DNA of 64,000 bases, from contig NMRA01000219.1 in the NCBI GenBank assembly GCA_002633005.1, positions 353,251 to 417,250 on the forward strand, read 5' to 3'. The notes beneath the pieces were generated by a model that had not been told where the DNA came from, searched no databases, and saw nothing but the letters and a program-made list of their open reading frames with translations. Below, piece by piece: positions 48,401 to 60,845 of the stretch (its first letter is position 1; every line of letters starts with the position of its first letter). Origin of the DNA: Phoronis australis (Eukaryota; Animalia; Phoronida). The translations under genes and the position numbers were made by a program.

Positions 48401-51400
48401 GTCGAAAATTCTGAAATCAGGACACGGCAGTGAAAAGCGAGGAACTTCGGTGGCACGTAATCGTCATATACAATGACTTCCTGTTCGAAAAGGCTTCCTG
48501 CGTCTTCCAGACGTGGCCTTAAAACCGATTATAGTTTACGAGCTAAAAGGCAAGTAACTAACGCTATGCTGACCAAAGCATTTGAAGTCTACATGGAAAA
48601 GCTTTTAAAAAAAAACCTTTGGTAGAATTGATCGGTTTGCTTTCGCCAGATGTCGAAGTAAAGTCCCACATTGGTCAGACCTAAGTCATTGGCGGCTCTG
48701 GATTTTATGCACATCGCCAGTTGCTTGACTAGGTCAGGGTGCGAAGGCCATCGACGGCCTTTGGTGAACATCTGTAATTGAGAAACACATGACCATGTGA
48801 GTTTCTATTTTTGTTTCAAACTTTTTCAGGTTTGCACGGAGTTAAGCTCGGTCATTGTCAGGTTTAACGAGAATGCGCCTTTCGAGTATGTCTTCATTTC
48901 TTCACAGTTAATTCGCACACTGATTTAACTTTCTTTCTACATGTGAGTATCCACTGGAATTTTGTTTCAGGATAAATTCTCAATGTTTTGGCAGCCATAA
49001 GAACTCCATACCTTGGGAATTATTCTACAAATTGTTGTTTTACGAAGCGCAAATCTACGTCTTTACAATGAACATCCGCTACGCTCTGTTCCGCGGACTC
49101 AGTGAAAAAGCAAGACCACGCAAAAAGCTGATACAAAATCACGGCAATAAAAGGCGTGTATTTCACGACTATCCTCGGCAGCTGATGCTGGAATACCCTA
49201 TCAAAATGACAGCCATAGCAGTCATTAGTCGGTGAGGTTGGGATGTTGCATAATGAGTGAAGGTTCATAATCACGTGAGTGCAACGTCAGTACATTGGGT
49301 CTATGGAACTCAATCCTAGAGAGCGTTCCCGTGGAAAGTAAAATTTCTTGCGAGAACAGCAAGATCTCACAATACCTAGCGAGGAAAAGACAAGTTTTCG
49401 GCAAGTTTGCTTGGTAGCTTACTAGCCTCTCCGGACACTAGCAAAGCGATTGGTCGGTAAGGTTGCAATGTTGAATTGTGTAATTGAATTTTAAAATTTT
49501 TGTTCAATAAGCCAACGGCCTTGTTCGCTGTTCCATTTTAGGTTGCATACTAGGCAAGAACGTGTAACCCAGGCGAGCATTCCGTAATCTAATTTTTTGA
49601 AAAAAATAAGATCCCGCAAGACTTCGCGAAATCTAGCGATTGAACATCGAGTGGCCCATCCTAACAAAATGGCTGCCGGTGAGGGGTAAGAGAGGACTTG
49701 TGGGATTGAATTCACTGTTTCCGTTCCATAAGTGAAGATTTTTCGCCGCAAGTGCACGCTAATGACTTAGGTCGTAGCAGTCCTGCTTACCTTCTCGGGG
49801 ATAAAACTTTCTTGCCCGTTCTCCTTATTGAGCATCGTGATTTTGACATTGGCTGTAACAAACGGCTTGATCATCATGTCCCAGGAGTAGCCGTAAATGC
49901 CGTGTATCCAGTTGAAGTTGTAACCCTTGAGAGGTAAGCAACCAACTTAATTTATTATGCAGAAAACAATAACAGAAAGCGCCTGCTAGAGAGACGCTAC
50001 ACTGTCGTATGCCTAAAGAGGGTTATAAAACTGTCTCGTGTGAGCATTTGGAGGGAGGGCAATTTTGTTTTGAAGTTTTTGATATCACAAAACATTATAT
50101 TTATAAAAGTAAAAACAATCACCATGTTTACACTTTCACATTGTTTCCAACGTAATTTGACGTTTAAATTTGGCGAATTTTGTAAAGGGGCACGGAATAA
50201 CATATATTTAATTAAAACAATGAAATTAGATGTCTGTAATTGGTTATCCTGCAAATTATATTTCCAGTGGTCACACTTAGTCATAAAAACACAGTTTCTA
50301 TTTTTTCGTATAAAACCGCAAATTTAAGGCAAATTTCAGAATTTATGCGCGTCACATTATGATTGGATTGTTTATAAATATAATTAACATAAGAAAAGCG
50401 GGAGGTTTACCTGAGAATAGGTTTCTTTTTTATCAATCGATATGTTAATGAATAAGACCCTGTGAATAATAACAAAAATGTCATCACTTAAATGTTGTTG
50501 AAGTCTGGTATATTCCTTTACTCCCTATATCTTTATAACATATCTTGAGTCAGAGAATAGTGCTGAGTGACGTCATATCCGAGTCTAGATCATACGTCGC
50601 TTGTGGGTGCCCACTAATTGAACTGCTAAACTCATTCAATTTTTGATTGATGAAATAAAGTGTACTAGAAAATACCTATGGAAACAGTTGGCTGCAAATA
50701 ATAAGTTGGATATAAATACACTGCCAAACTGCAGTTACCTTCCTTTCATTTTTGTCCTAAATATGCAAAAGCCCTACACTACTTGGCGCGTAGTAAAAGT
50801 CAAACGAAGACGTCCCAAACAACTGCCATATTTGACACACGTAAATTGCGTTTAACGAAATGATATGCAGCAATGAAAAGTCAGGATATAATTTCACTCA
50901 ATATTGGTTTGCGCCTGCATCCTTTCTGAATTTGACCATGACATCTCCGCACCAATTCGTTTCAGATGAATGTTTGTTTTAAGTAAAAAAGGAATGCTGC
51001 AACAGGGCTTCAATTTAAAAACAGCAAATTCCACGTCCAGAACCAAATACGTATTTTTTAGCATTAATTACGAAAAGACTATCTGCAAAAGTGAAACTGC
51101 GGGGTTTATTTACAATATTTTATGTATATACATGTATATATATGTCTACATTGTGTCTAGTCCATCGATCACCTAATTAGACTAACGGTATTAATATCTC
51201 TGTGCGCGTGCGTGTGTGTGTTATTCTGTCGTACGCTTCCTGTCAGTTGGCAGACGTTGCAGAACATCTTCCAAATTTTTGATGGTTGGTTACGGTTGCT
51301 GAGCATTGCGTTTTAGAAAAAATCAGGTGCGGTTAAGATCTGTATACAGGCATAACGAATATTTAAGCATCTTAGATTGATCTTTTGGTTTGTGTCATTT

Positions 51401-54400
51401 TTAAAGTGAAATACGCCATGTTGGTCCAATACAGGAAGTGCACGTGTCATACCTTGTTGATGAAGTGGGAATAAGGAAGGAAGAGCTGCAATGTAACATG
51501 CAGCAGGACGCCAGCGCACACAACTCTGTGATACCAGCCAGTCTTACTCCTTTTCGTGACACCAGGGGACTTCGTGTCCTGTAAATATAAGTTCCAGTGG
51601 TAGATGGTGGCATTTGCTTCGTATGCCCTAAGACCAATATCAAATATGTATATTGCGCCCAGATATGCCAACATGAATGTGAATTATATCTGGTCAGTTA
51701 TCTTCACACAGTTACAATACCGGTATTTTCACACGAAAAAGCATAACCACTTTGTAATACCCAGCAACAAAAAATTGCCTAGTAATGACTATGCTTTTGA
51801 CTGGGCCCAAAATGTCGTCCATTTCTTCTGCTTCTACAGATTGACAGATTTTTTAAATGTCCTTGTTGCAAATTGTTTTAAAATTCTTCGTTGCATCGAC
51901 CCAAGTGACACGTTTGCATCTGTTCACGGCACATATTGGACCTCATTCTACCGTTAGTTTCCAATTTGTACCTAATTTTTAGTCATTCTTGGTGTGAACT
52001 ATAGTATCAGTTACCTTAGACAACTTAGTAATAATCATCATCACCCTACCCTTTTCCTGTTGGGTAGATTGTCAGGTTTGATTTCCTCTTTCGGGTATAT
52101 GCAATGAGAGCTTGACTGCACCTCGCCATCTGAAGGCAGAACAAATCGTAACCACGGCAATCTCCTTTCCAGTCCGCGGGCCAGAGCTTTCGGCCAATCG
52201 CAGTAGCAGAATAAAGGCAGGGTTGCTATCATCAGCCAGGGGAATAATCCTGGGAGGTAAACAATAAATATTTTGTGTTGTATCAAAAATACGCTCAGCG
52301 GTAAATGTGGTCGGACTCTTATGGACTCGACTATAATTGGCTGCGCGAACTATTTTGCAGGCAAATAAATATAAAAGTATCGACTGTGCGTACTCCACTT
52401 TGGGCTAATTCAAATTATAGTTATGCACAGAGATCACAATACGTATTTAGCTATGTTCTAGTGTCCCCCATGGTACCTGATTAACTTTGTGACAAAATAA
52501 CAGCACTAAAACAAGTTCACGATAGAATTACTCGGTCTATAGTGACAATGGCAGTATACTCATAAAGCCAAGAATAACTTTGGTTAACAATCTTGATTCT
52601 GACCTGCGTCAGTCAGAGTAGTTTTCTTAATATTTTCCAAGTTCAAGTATCTGGGTAATATCTAATAATTTCAATACTTTTAGTAGTGTAGTACTTCATC
52701 CATTTGTGTCAAAGTTCTTGTTAAAGTTTTGATTGTAGGCCTACGATTCTTCTTTTACTATCGTGATAGCTGGATCTTAATATTCTTCTTTCTTATCAGG
52801 ACGTACCCTTAAAACACACTAAGAAAGATAAATATGGAGAAATCTGGGTCTGTAAACCAATCGATTTCACAACAAGCTTTTGTTTAAACTTGCGTGGTAA
52901 AAATAAGTCAATTGACCTATCGTCAGGATTTTGAGTGACGGCTAAAGTGACCAATCAGAACGCAGCCTTCTTAGCACACCTTTGTTTCCAAGCTGCCATT
53001 TCATCCGACAAACAACGCGTTGCCGGGTAAAACTTGTTATTTACTTGTCGACATTTCGCAAAGGGGCGGAGCTTGCGATAGGTCATCGTCGTATAAACCT
53101 ACTATTTGCTTTACACCATCGTGTTGCTGCAATAAATGGTCCCCTTTTGCTAACCTCAGTCTCCTTTTCCGGCTGTCCAAAAACTTAGTATGTGGAAAAC
53201 ACTATCGTCGGAACACACATGTATGTCGAACTTAAAAAAGGTGTTACGGCCTTGTTGTTTAGCAAGAGATCGTTGGTCAAACAGCGAGTTTTATTTTTGA
53301 AACATGAACAAGTGAACTTGTACGATTGAATTAGCTAAATGTAACGGTAATATTTTGCACTGGAGGTGAGGCAGCAACTCAAATGTACACGATCCTGTGC
53401 AAAATCTTAGAAACAAATCTTAGCGTATGACAGAAAAACAGGTTTGATTTGTCGTATACTATAAGCGTACGATTCGTTGTATATGACAATTGGATGGCGA
53501 AAACAGGGCTGCTGAAGAACCTGTACAGTCACTTACCGATTCGAAACATCGTTGAATTCATCAAGTGAAACAAAACACCGAAGAACATTGCAAACGGGCG
53601 AGTCACGTCGAAGAAGAGAAAGAATCCTATGGCCAAATCGAGGATAAAGCCACCGTGGTGCACAATATGCAGATCTATCTGCTCGTTTGTGAGCAGCGCT
53701 CTGAAAACGGAAGTGGCAGTGCCTGTAGTGTGAAGTTTCCTTTTAGGCTGCGTTCCGTAGACGCAAGACACACGCAAGAAAATTGATGGCACGTGCTTTA
53801 CACGTACGTCCATCATGTCAAGCAAACGCGGGGTGCAGACCTTGCGTCATTCCCGAGTTTTTCGCGTCTACGGATCGCAACCTTGCTCTCGTTTCATTAG
53901 TTTGCGGGAACGAGGGTTTGAACTCGACTTTGCCGAGAAATTCCTAATCGTACACTGCTAACACAGAAAGTCAAACTGGTGCCTGCATGTGCGGAAGTTC
54001 AAATTGCACCATTTAACGTTGACTAGGCTTACTTGCTGAACACGACATAAGAAACTTGCGTATAGCTCCAGTGGCGGATCTAGGATATCACAAGGGGGGG
54101 GCCAACATTTTGTCCGGCTGTAAGCATTTGCGCAAACTGAACCACGATTGTAGATGCGCATAGCACTGAATGGGGGGGAGGTCGGGAGGGGGGTTTGCCC
54201 CCCTACACCACCACGATTTAACTACTAATCTCATACTAAAAGACCTACTTGTTTATGGTCCACAGCGTTTGGGCGCGAAACCTACTTCTTTTTGTAATGC
54301 TTATTACACGTTTTATATTTTGTGCCATCAATTCTTAACAAATTTGTCGTATTTGAAATAGTCTTCAAATGCCCAAAAGACCAAATCCATTTTTCGTGTT

Positions 54401-57400
54401 GGCACTAATGACGGGATTGCTTTGGAAGTCGTCTTAAGATAAGGTTTGACAAAGAGAGTATTGCGTGTTTTTGAGTGATTCACTAAGGCTTCAATTAAAA
54501 TTCACATCTTACCAGCAGCTTCTGTTTTTTCATCGTCACTCAGGTTCCATTTTCTTTAAAAAATTAAGTAAATTTTCTTCATTGCACAGTGGAGCAGACG
54601 ACGGAAACGGAGTCGTAGTGCGCAGCGCCACTGCCGGTCGCCTGGGCCCCCCCCTAAATCCGCCTATCATGAAGACGGCATGTGGACCTAGTATGTTTGT
54701 TGCACTTGAGAGTTCGGTAGCGAACCTCCGTGGAAGTGAACGCTTGGTGTAAATTCCAACTGTTAACGGTACATTATCGGTTTTACGGCCGAAAAATGCA
54801 CTTTAGGAATTTTAGTTGGAAGGGGCAGATTTCGTGAAGTGCTCTTAAACAACAAAAGCCTGCTGTGTTTTGGTTTTATTAGAAATCGCTAATTCTCGTC
54901 GTTGTCTGCCAGACTTTCGCAAAATCACTTCTCTCCGAAAATATCCAGTTCGGCCTGCACTGAGCTTGTTACCCGACGATCAAAAGTTCGTGCACAATTC
55001 TTCCCACCAGTAGTTGCACAGTTGGATAATATAGTTGTCAAACAACTACAACAGTTATTGCTCGTGAGACAAGAAGTATGTTCGTTTGTCTATAATGAGG
55101 CGCATTAGGAAAGATGTGCCGCTTGTGAGAACAAGGTAATATTCTTAATAATTAATCAATGTCAATAAGGCCCATTGCGCTCCGTGAGACAACAAGATTC
55201 TTCACGTTGGGCACTGAACTCTTTCAACTTACCTGAAGGGTGCAAAGACCAGTTTCTCGGACAGCCTTTTCTTGGAATATCCCATGAGCCAATAGTAGTT
55301 GGTCTTTTTCAAGCCAGCGTAAAAATACACCACAAAAATCTGTTTTAAAAATTAACGATTATTTGATGGCGAATAGTCCATGCCAAAAGGATATCAAACC
55401 ATGTCTTTAAATACTACAGAGATACTCAACTGCGACCAGGGTTTCTGACCATAAATGACTAAAAATCACAATTTCACTACAAAAAACACCAAAGAACAAC
55501 CCCACCTGTCGATCAACAGTCAATTTAAAACACCCGCAAACACTATCTGACGATAGGTTAATTAGCTGATGTTAAGTAACGAGCATTTGTCGGTAGAGAC
55601 CTACTACGTAGTATCGGGACAACTAATTACAACATTAATTATCCTCCGCTGTCTTTAGTGCTAAAATCGTCAGATATTGCTGCTCATTTTTTCCATGGTT
55701 TATGGTATAATAAAGAATGGCAAGCCGTTGCATTTGTTGTGACTGTGGACAACTTAGTATTGGAGCTTTTCGCTTTCCTGGGGACATGCGAGAAGCGCGG
55801 ATATGGCACACATTTGTAGATTTGACACACTGGCGCTGGGTACGTTCATACGTCACACTCGTGTCCGTGGAGCTAACTGAAGAAATTTTCAATTGAAGTC
55901 GCTTTTCTTCTATTTTCTCGTTTTTATGGTATTGAATTCATGCCGTTGTGATATGCAGTGCTATAAAGGAAGGTTAAACTATGCTGACAGTGTAGTCACA
56001 TGTCAAAATGAGGTAAATGGTGGTTTGGGGCACTTTTAAGTCTTGAGTTATTCCATGAAACAGACATCAGATCAAGCTCGAGAAATAGCATTGTTGGCGG
56101 AATTCATAGTCAAGCGCTTTGGACGAGTATCGGCGGCTGTCGAACCACGCGATTCCCTTTCTGACACATGTGACACGTCTTTTTCTCCCGCCGGGAGTGC
56201 TGTCGGTGTAACAGAATTAGAGGGCAAAACCAGTTTTGGTTGACAATACCAAAGAAGGGTTCTGTATCCATTTGAAAAATTTCGTGAGGCTAACTTTTTT
56301 CTTTCCCGTGAAATAAGCGCCAGATTCGTGTCTTTTTTTCCCAGCTGACGGATTCATTCCGTTAGTGGAATTGTTATGTCTTGTCTATTTAAAAATGAGC
56401 AGGTGAGATTAAAAAATTCAACCGACATGAAAACACTGAGCAGACTTTTTTCGCCATCTTACGAGTGAATAATAAGTTGTGTTTCACACTTCGCCAAATG
56501 TTCAAAAAGTCTCCTTCTCAATTCTCAGACTTACAAAGCGTCGTAAAACTGAATATATTACAAAATCTTTTAAGTATCGGAGCAAGTTCTTTTGTTCGTA
56601 TGTTGGGAAAACTTGTTATGGAAAGTAAATTTGGAGACTACTTGCTGTTTTGAAAAATGTGACAACTGCACTCACCAAGAATATGAATGCTGCTAAACAT
56701 TTTCCCATGTGTCTTAGCCTGTTTTAAAGCCCCAAAACTCTCGTTCTCAACAATCTTCAAACGTATCCTTCTCTGTCTCCATGTCCACTCCCTAGCCCTC
56801 TTCCGACCCTCCGCTTTTCCCTTGCTACACTGGTCTGTAAGTGCCTGCTGCATTAGCAAACATCAACTATAAAATGTGTGTGTGTGTGTTATTTACCTGA
56901 AATCGCAATAGAGCGATATTCCAGAGTGGTGTGTGGGCATTGCGGATGTTTTTGTTAATAAATCCATCTAAAGACCTGCAAAAGAACATTTTCTATCAAC
57001 GGCCATGATATCACGCCTAGGGGGAGAGGGTAGACATTACCACAGTCTCATCTGGGCCCAGTAGAGGCAGTGGTCATCTTCTGGCGCAAGCAGTGTAAAA
57101 TGTCCAGCTGTCGATTTGGGTAACTGAACGAAGGACTACACCAAAGAAGGTTGATTGCGGAAGTATTTGTTCCACGTGGAAAAGACATCAGAGGCCTCTA
57201 AGCTGTCTATCTATATACAAAAGGTACTTATAGCAACATGACATTGATGGTCTAATTAGTGTGAGGCCCAATTCGCCCGACGCGGCGTCCAACATATGGA
57301 GGGCCTGAGGGATGACCACCGTCTCTACGGCCTATCGAGACGTTGGTACTGTAGTCTCTAGGGACAGGGAGGCCGCCAGTGACAGACATGAATGCAAGAT

Positions 57401-60400
57401 GCAATGAGGAAGCCACCTAGCATAGTCAAATTTTTGGAATTCCCAAAACATAGGGCCTCAGTAACGTTTAAATTTGACCCTATGGATCATTTTAAACTGG
57501 TTGAAAAATAAAAACTTGGGTAGTTTCTAACGTTAAAAATTACATCATTGGGTCAAAAGTAAATGCTACCCGCGGGGCTTTCGGGACACTGTCGACGTTC
57601 AAAGACTCTCTATTTAACGGAGACGTGAAATATAGGTAACAAGCACACTTGCAACATTCGCAAATCAGCTGGCCTAGGTGGACAAATCGTTCTTTTTGGA
57701 TAACCTGGCATACGATATAAACTCCAGCTCGCGTGGAAAACCAGCATGAGCTCTTATAAACTCAGTTGTAAGTTGATTCTCGCTGTCCAGTAGTGACAGC
57801 CGTAAACCCAACTTGAAGGCTTTAGTCATGCACTTCCGGAGAGAAATCTTCACTTATGGAATAATATGAATTCTATCCCATAACTCAACATTCTAACCTA
57901 ACCGACCAATCATTTCAGTTGTTGCCATTTGGATGATTGTTGGTTATAACGAAAACGTTTTGTGCTTTCTTGCGGCGGAGCACCTGCACGTGCGCTACAA
58001 ACTTAGTAGAGATAGACTACAGCCATGAACGCCACAGTAGCTGAAATCATCCGAAAATCATCGTCAGCCGTCTACTTCATATTAAAAACATGCCAATTTT
58101 CACAATTATCCTGAAAGCGATTTGGTTGATAGAGGGGTGGACGCCCGTGAAAAAAACAGACTCGAAAATGGTAAAAATGGCCACTAGGTGGCGCAAACTA
58201 AGTCGAATCCATCTAAAAACGGAAAGATAGCGTCAACACACTAACAGAAGCCTGTACGCCAATTTCTTTGAAAATACGTTGAGGACCTTTGAAGACACAG
58301 AGTTTAACGTAAAAAAATAAAATTGCCATCAGGTTGCACACCAGTACTCAAATCCATCCGAAAGTCGTCGTCGTCGTCTTTATTCAACATCATATAAATG
58401 CACTTACTAAATCACCTGTAGACGGTTTAGGAGATACAGTCATAAGCGCAAAAAAAACAACACTGCCACTAGGAAGCGCCACAGTCGTCGAAATCGTTGG
58501 AAAATCATGGTCAGCCGTCCTCTTCATAGTAAGAACATACATGCCAATTTCTGCAATCATCCTTAGAGCGGTTGTCGTTGATGGAAGGGTGGACGACTAA
58601 AAACAGACTCGCAAACAGTAAAAATGGCCACTAGGTGGCGCAAGTTACGTCGAATCTATCCGAAAACGGGTGGATAGAGTCAACTCACTCAATATATGCC
58701 TACATGCCAAATCTTATGAAAATACGGTGAAGACCTTTGAAGATATAGAGGTAAGCGTAAACAACTAAAATTGCCACTAGGGGGCAGACCCGTAGTCAGA
58801 TCCGTCCAAAAGTTCGCTGATGCCATCTCATCCATGAAAGAAGCACCTGTGCAAAATTTCATGAACATACGTCAAACGGTTTTGGAGATAGAGCAGCGGA
58901 CGCTGGACGGACGCCGCGCGGACGGACGGACGGAGATGACAGCATAATGCGTCCACATATAAATATGTTGGTGCATAATAAAAGTGAATTAAAATTGCAA
59001 ACGACTTACCAAAAACGGTTCCCGTCCGCGAATAAAAGAATTGTCGATATGAGGCCGTATAGATAAAAATGGTTATTCCAACTTTGTATGTCCAATACGT
59101 ACTTGTACCAAAAGCAAGTAACGAACAAGAATGCGCTTGTACGATAAAACAATCCCAGCATGATGCCAATGGAACCTGGAATTTATTGATGCCAATTAAA
59201 AACAAGGAAATTAATGAGACAACTTTGTAAGATTTTTAAAACCACTATACTGCAAACATCCAGTACAAATATACATTCAAAAGTCCTATGTGCTGTCAAT
59301 TTTGTCATTAGTCACGTGACAGTACCATAACGCTAAGATTAATACTAATTTGATTGAATCTCCTGTTATTTCTGAGTACGTTATACGTATCATACTTTAG
59401 GTAAGACCTTTATAGAAGAGTAGCTAGATTCAGCCATTCAGGATTGATCTAGTTCAGCAAACCTATGATCATGAAGAAGTTCATCAAAATTATGCCCTGG
59501 AGAGGTGGGATTGGTATGAAGTCGAAGAGCGGAAATCGACAATTGTAGTCTCCCCAATCGTCGTCAATGAACGTCATCTTGCGTAAGATATGCGGTAACA
59601 TTAGAAAACCTGCAAGAACACGTGACGCACGTGAGGCTTGAACGAACTTTGAAGATGTATTTGCATGTTCCTAACTATATTATTGTGTATATCAGGAACT
59701 AAACCACAATGCTATTTGAATCATCTACGCTAAACAAAGAGCAGTTGTATTCAATGACAATTTGTAAATGTGAAAACAAAAATTATGCAAATAGGTGACT
59801 TTTTGCACTAATGACGTATTCCTTGGGAGCTTACATTGCTCACATCAGGCAGTTTTATTCCCCAACACCACGTACGGTTGAGTGATTTACGGCAGATCAT
59901 TTTCGACACAAACTCGTTCTTAAAAACATTTGGCAATTTTCAACCTACTTCATATTCAAATCGTCGCTGTGTTGTGTTTCCAACTAAATAGACCAAGCAA
60001 TCACAGAGAAAAGGAATTAGCGTGAAAGTTCCACTTTAAAGGTGCCGCATTCTATCTTGTTTGGATAAATACAAAATGAAAATCAAATTCGCCATTTTGC
60101 TCTCATGAAATTGGTGCATCAAAAACACCGAAACCATTAGAAAACGAGTTCAGAATGTCGGGGTAATTAGTCAACTAAAATTACGAATTCGGCGCCTGCG
60201 ACTTGAGTTGGTAAGGGAAATGGAGTCCTACTACGGTAAGAAATAAACTTATGAGATCGATTTTAAAGAGTAAAAGATACATGTATAATTCGCCTTGCTT
60301 CTTTTCAGCCAGCCAAACAGAGCGAACTGCAGTTTTAGGACGCGGTAAGTTAAAGTCGAAATTTCTTGATAACCATTTAGGCCTACGAGTAAAGCCAGGT

Positions 60401-60845
60401 GTCTGAATTCCACAACTACCTAGAGACGCAAATAACTCGACATCTTTAATTTAGTGTAAACTTCATGTAAGTGAAACGCAAAATGAGTGACTGCGGTACT
60501 GTCCGATGATTTGTATCATGATGGTTTGGGAGGGAGTTTTCATGTCACTTGAATTAACATATCAATCTGCAAAAAGAGTCCATTAATTGAAACGAGTATA
60601 ACGTAGCACACAACGAATAGACAATACAAAATTTGTATACCAAACGCCACTCTTGTGATGGCCAGGCTCGCAGGATCTGTGGGTCGGTGGAGCAGAGCGA
60701 GAAATGATTCCCAACTCGACAAATCTGACCAATCAAATCCAAACAATTGTCTCATCCTGGTTGGTCCATTTTCATGTGATTCTCCGTTAGACTCATTGCT
60801 TGCTGAAGTCAGTCTCTTATTCTTCGAATTCCTTCTCCGCACCAT
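45301..60845 (-). CDS. GGCX: Vitamin K-dependent gamma-glutamyl carboxylase homolog (divergent GGCX-like), 15 coding exons, about 744 aa
   Basis: Exons (minus): 60845-60641, 59609-59463, 59175-59010, 56975-56897, 55339-55233, 53700-53537, 52249-52050, 51578-51453, 49925-49791, 48771-48617, 48410-48229, 47564-47434, 46549-46405, 46082-45926, 45436-45301. All junctions GT-AG with consistent phases; total 2235 nt, open to TAG. GGCX motifs RPTDPASLA, CRFPLF, WNNH, AGLKK, FHLMN, FLPYSHF, YGYSWDMM, FDPRVD, ADFPG, PSCYMY. Alternative in-frame ATG at 60875. Confidence 0.95.
45926..46082 (-). CDS. GGCX: GGCX-like coding exon 14
   Basis: DLSDNDPDEFRYKQALIEKKKEEEEQEVPISLKLWNSVTHISRRFCVCAKR; phase 1 to 2 fits neighbours. 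Confidence 0.82.
46405..46549 (-). CDS. GGCX: GGCX-like coding exon 13
   Basis: LPSGKHTAHTTSKTPSCYMYVFGNQMHVDFVKKLRETERKLKSQNKTY; GTGAGA donor. Confidence 0.92.
46620..47207 (+). mobile_element. 5'-truncated LINE 3' end (CR1/Jockey-like, CCHC zinc knuckle), antisense in GGCX intron 12
   Basis: Intact frame R.RCG..LN...SPNCKCG......HIFFKCP....R...LLLNGSPNL ending 46991; 3' stem-loop AACCCAGA...TCTGGGTT; AATAAA at 47195. Confidence 0.85.
47434..47564 (-). CDS. GGCX: GGCX-like coding exon 12 (cupin-like domain)
   Basis: LSLKDHYLPPEFGNASVTVLHGRIVVELENRTKLRLRVGETLQ; 131 nt. Confidence 0.92.
48229..48410 (-). CDS. GGCX: GGCX-like coding exon 11
   Basis: [36 protein letters not shown]...VVADFPG; alternative same-phase donor after 48226. 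Confidence 0.93.
48617..48771 (-). CDS. GGCX: GGCX-like coding exon 10
   Basis: MFTKGRRWPSHPDLVKQLAMCIKSRAANDLGLTNVGLYFDIWRKQTDQFYQR; weak donor AG|GTTTTT but at the conserved position. Confidence 0.9.
49791..49925 (-). CDS. GGCX: GGCX-like coding exon 9 (Glu-substrate binding region)
   Basis: GYNFNWIHGIYGYSWDMMIKPFVTANVKITMLNKENGQESFIPEK; 135 nt. Confidence 0.95.
51453..51578 (-). CDS. GGCX: GGCX-like coding exon 8
   Basis: DTKSPGVTKRSKTGWYHRVVCAGVLLHVTLQLFLPYSHFINK; 126 nt. Confidence 0.93.
52050..52249 (-). CDS. GGCX: GGCX-like coding exon 7
   Basis: LFPWLMIATLPLFCYCDWPK...SSHCIYPKEEIKPDNLPNRKR; donor GTAGGG, phase 0. Confidence 0.9.
53537..53700 (-). CDS. GGCX: GGCX-like coding exon 6
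   Basis: ALLTNEQIDLHIVHHGGFILDLAIGFFLFFDVTRPFAMFFGVLFHLMNSTMFRIG; 164 nt. Confidence 0.95.
53746..53882. mobile_element. MITE (PIF/Harbinger-like)
   Basis: GGCTGCGTTCCGTAGACGC versus GCGTCTACGGATCGCAACC; flanks TTA / TTG. Confidence 0.7.
54069..54670. mobile_element. hAT-like non-autonomous element
   Basis: CAGTGGCGGATCTAGG ... CCCTAAATCCGCCTAT; internal GGGGGGAGGTCGGGAGGGGGG shared with about 18070. Confidence 0.55.
55233..55339 (-). CDS. GGCX: GGCX-like coding exon 5 (catalytic KK)
   Basis: IFVVYFYAGLKKTNYYWLMGYSKKRLSEKLVFAPFR; 107 nt; GTAAGT donor. Confidence 0.95.
56897..56975 (-). CDS. GGCX: GGCX-like coding exon 4
   Basis: SLDGFINKNIRNAHTPLWNIALLRFQ; 79 nt. Confidence 0.95.
57017..57360. 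mobile_element. Degenerate foldback/MITE
   Basis: GTAGAGGCAGTGGTCATC versus GATGACCACCGTCTCTAC within about 50-nt imperfect inverted repeats. Confidence 0.5.
58000..58983 (-). mobile_element. Helentron-type repeat copy (5' part) with (CCGT)n microsatellite
   Basis: Minus strand begins TTTTATTATGCACCAACATAT..ATATGTGGACGCAT then CCGTCCGTCCGT; internal units match 30170-30900. Confidence 0.7.
59010..59175 (-). CDS. GGCX: GGCX-like coding exon 3
   Basis: SIGIMLGLFYRTSAFLFVTCFWYKYVLDIQSWNNHFYLYGLISTILLFADGNRFW; 166 nt; GTAAGT donor. Confidence 0.95.
59463..59609 (-). CDS. GGCX: GGCX-like coding exon 2
   Basis: FLMLPHILRKMTFIDDDWGDYNCRFPLFDFIPIPPLQGIILMNFFMIIG; TTGCAG acceptor, GTTTGC donor; 147 nt. 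Confidence 0.88.
60641..60845 (-). CDS. GGCX: GGCX-like coding exon 1
   Basis: MVRRRNSK...LFGFDWSDLSSWESFLALLHRPTDPASLAITRVAFG; acceptor TTTCAG just upstream of 60878; donor G|GTATAC, phase 1. Confidence 0.9.

Noticed and set aside
27720-60845. Receptor as a GGCX substrate (functional gene pair)
   Set aside because: The Glu-rich segments are cytoplasmic, and there is no Gla domain or propeptide; adjacency alone is not evidence in animals.
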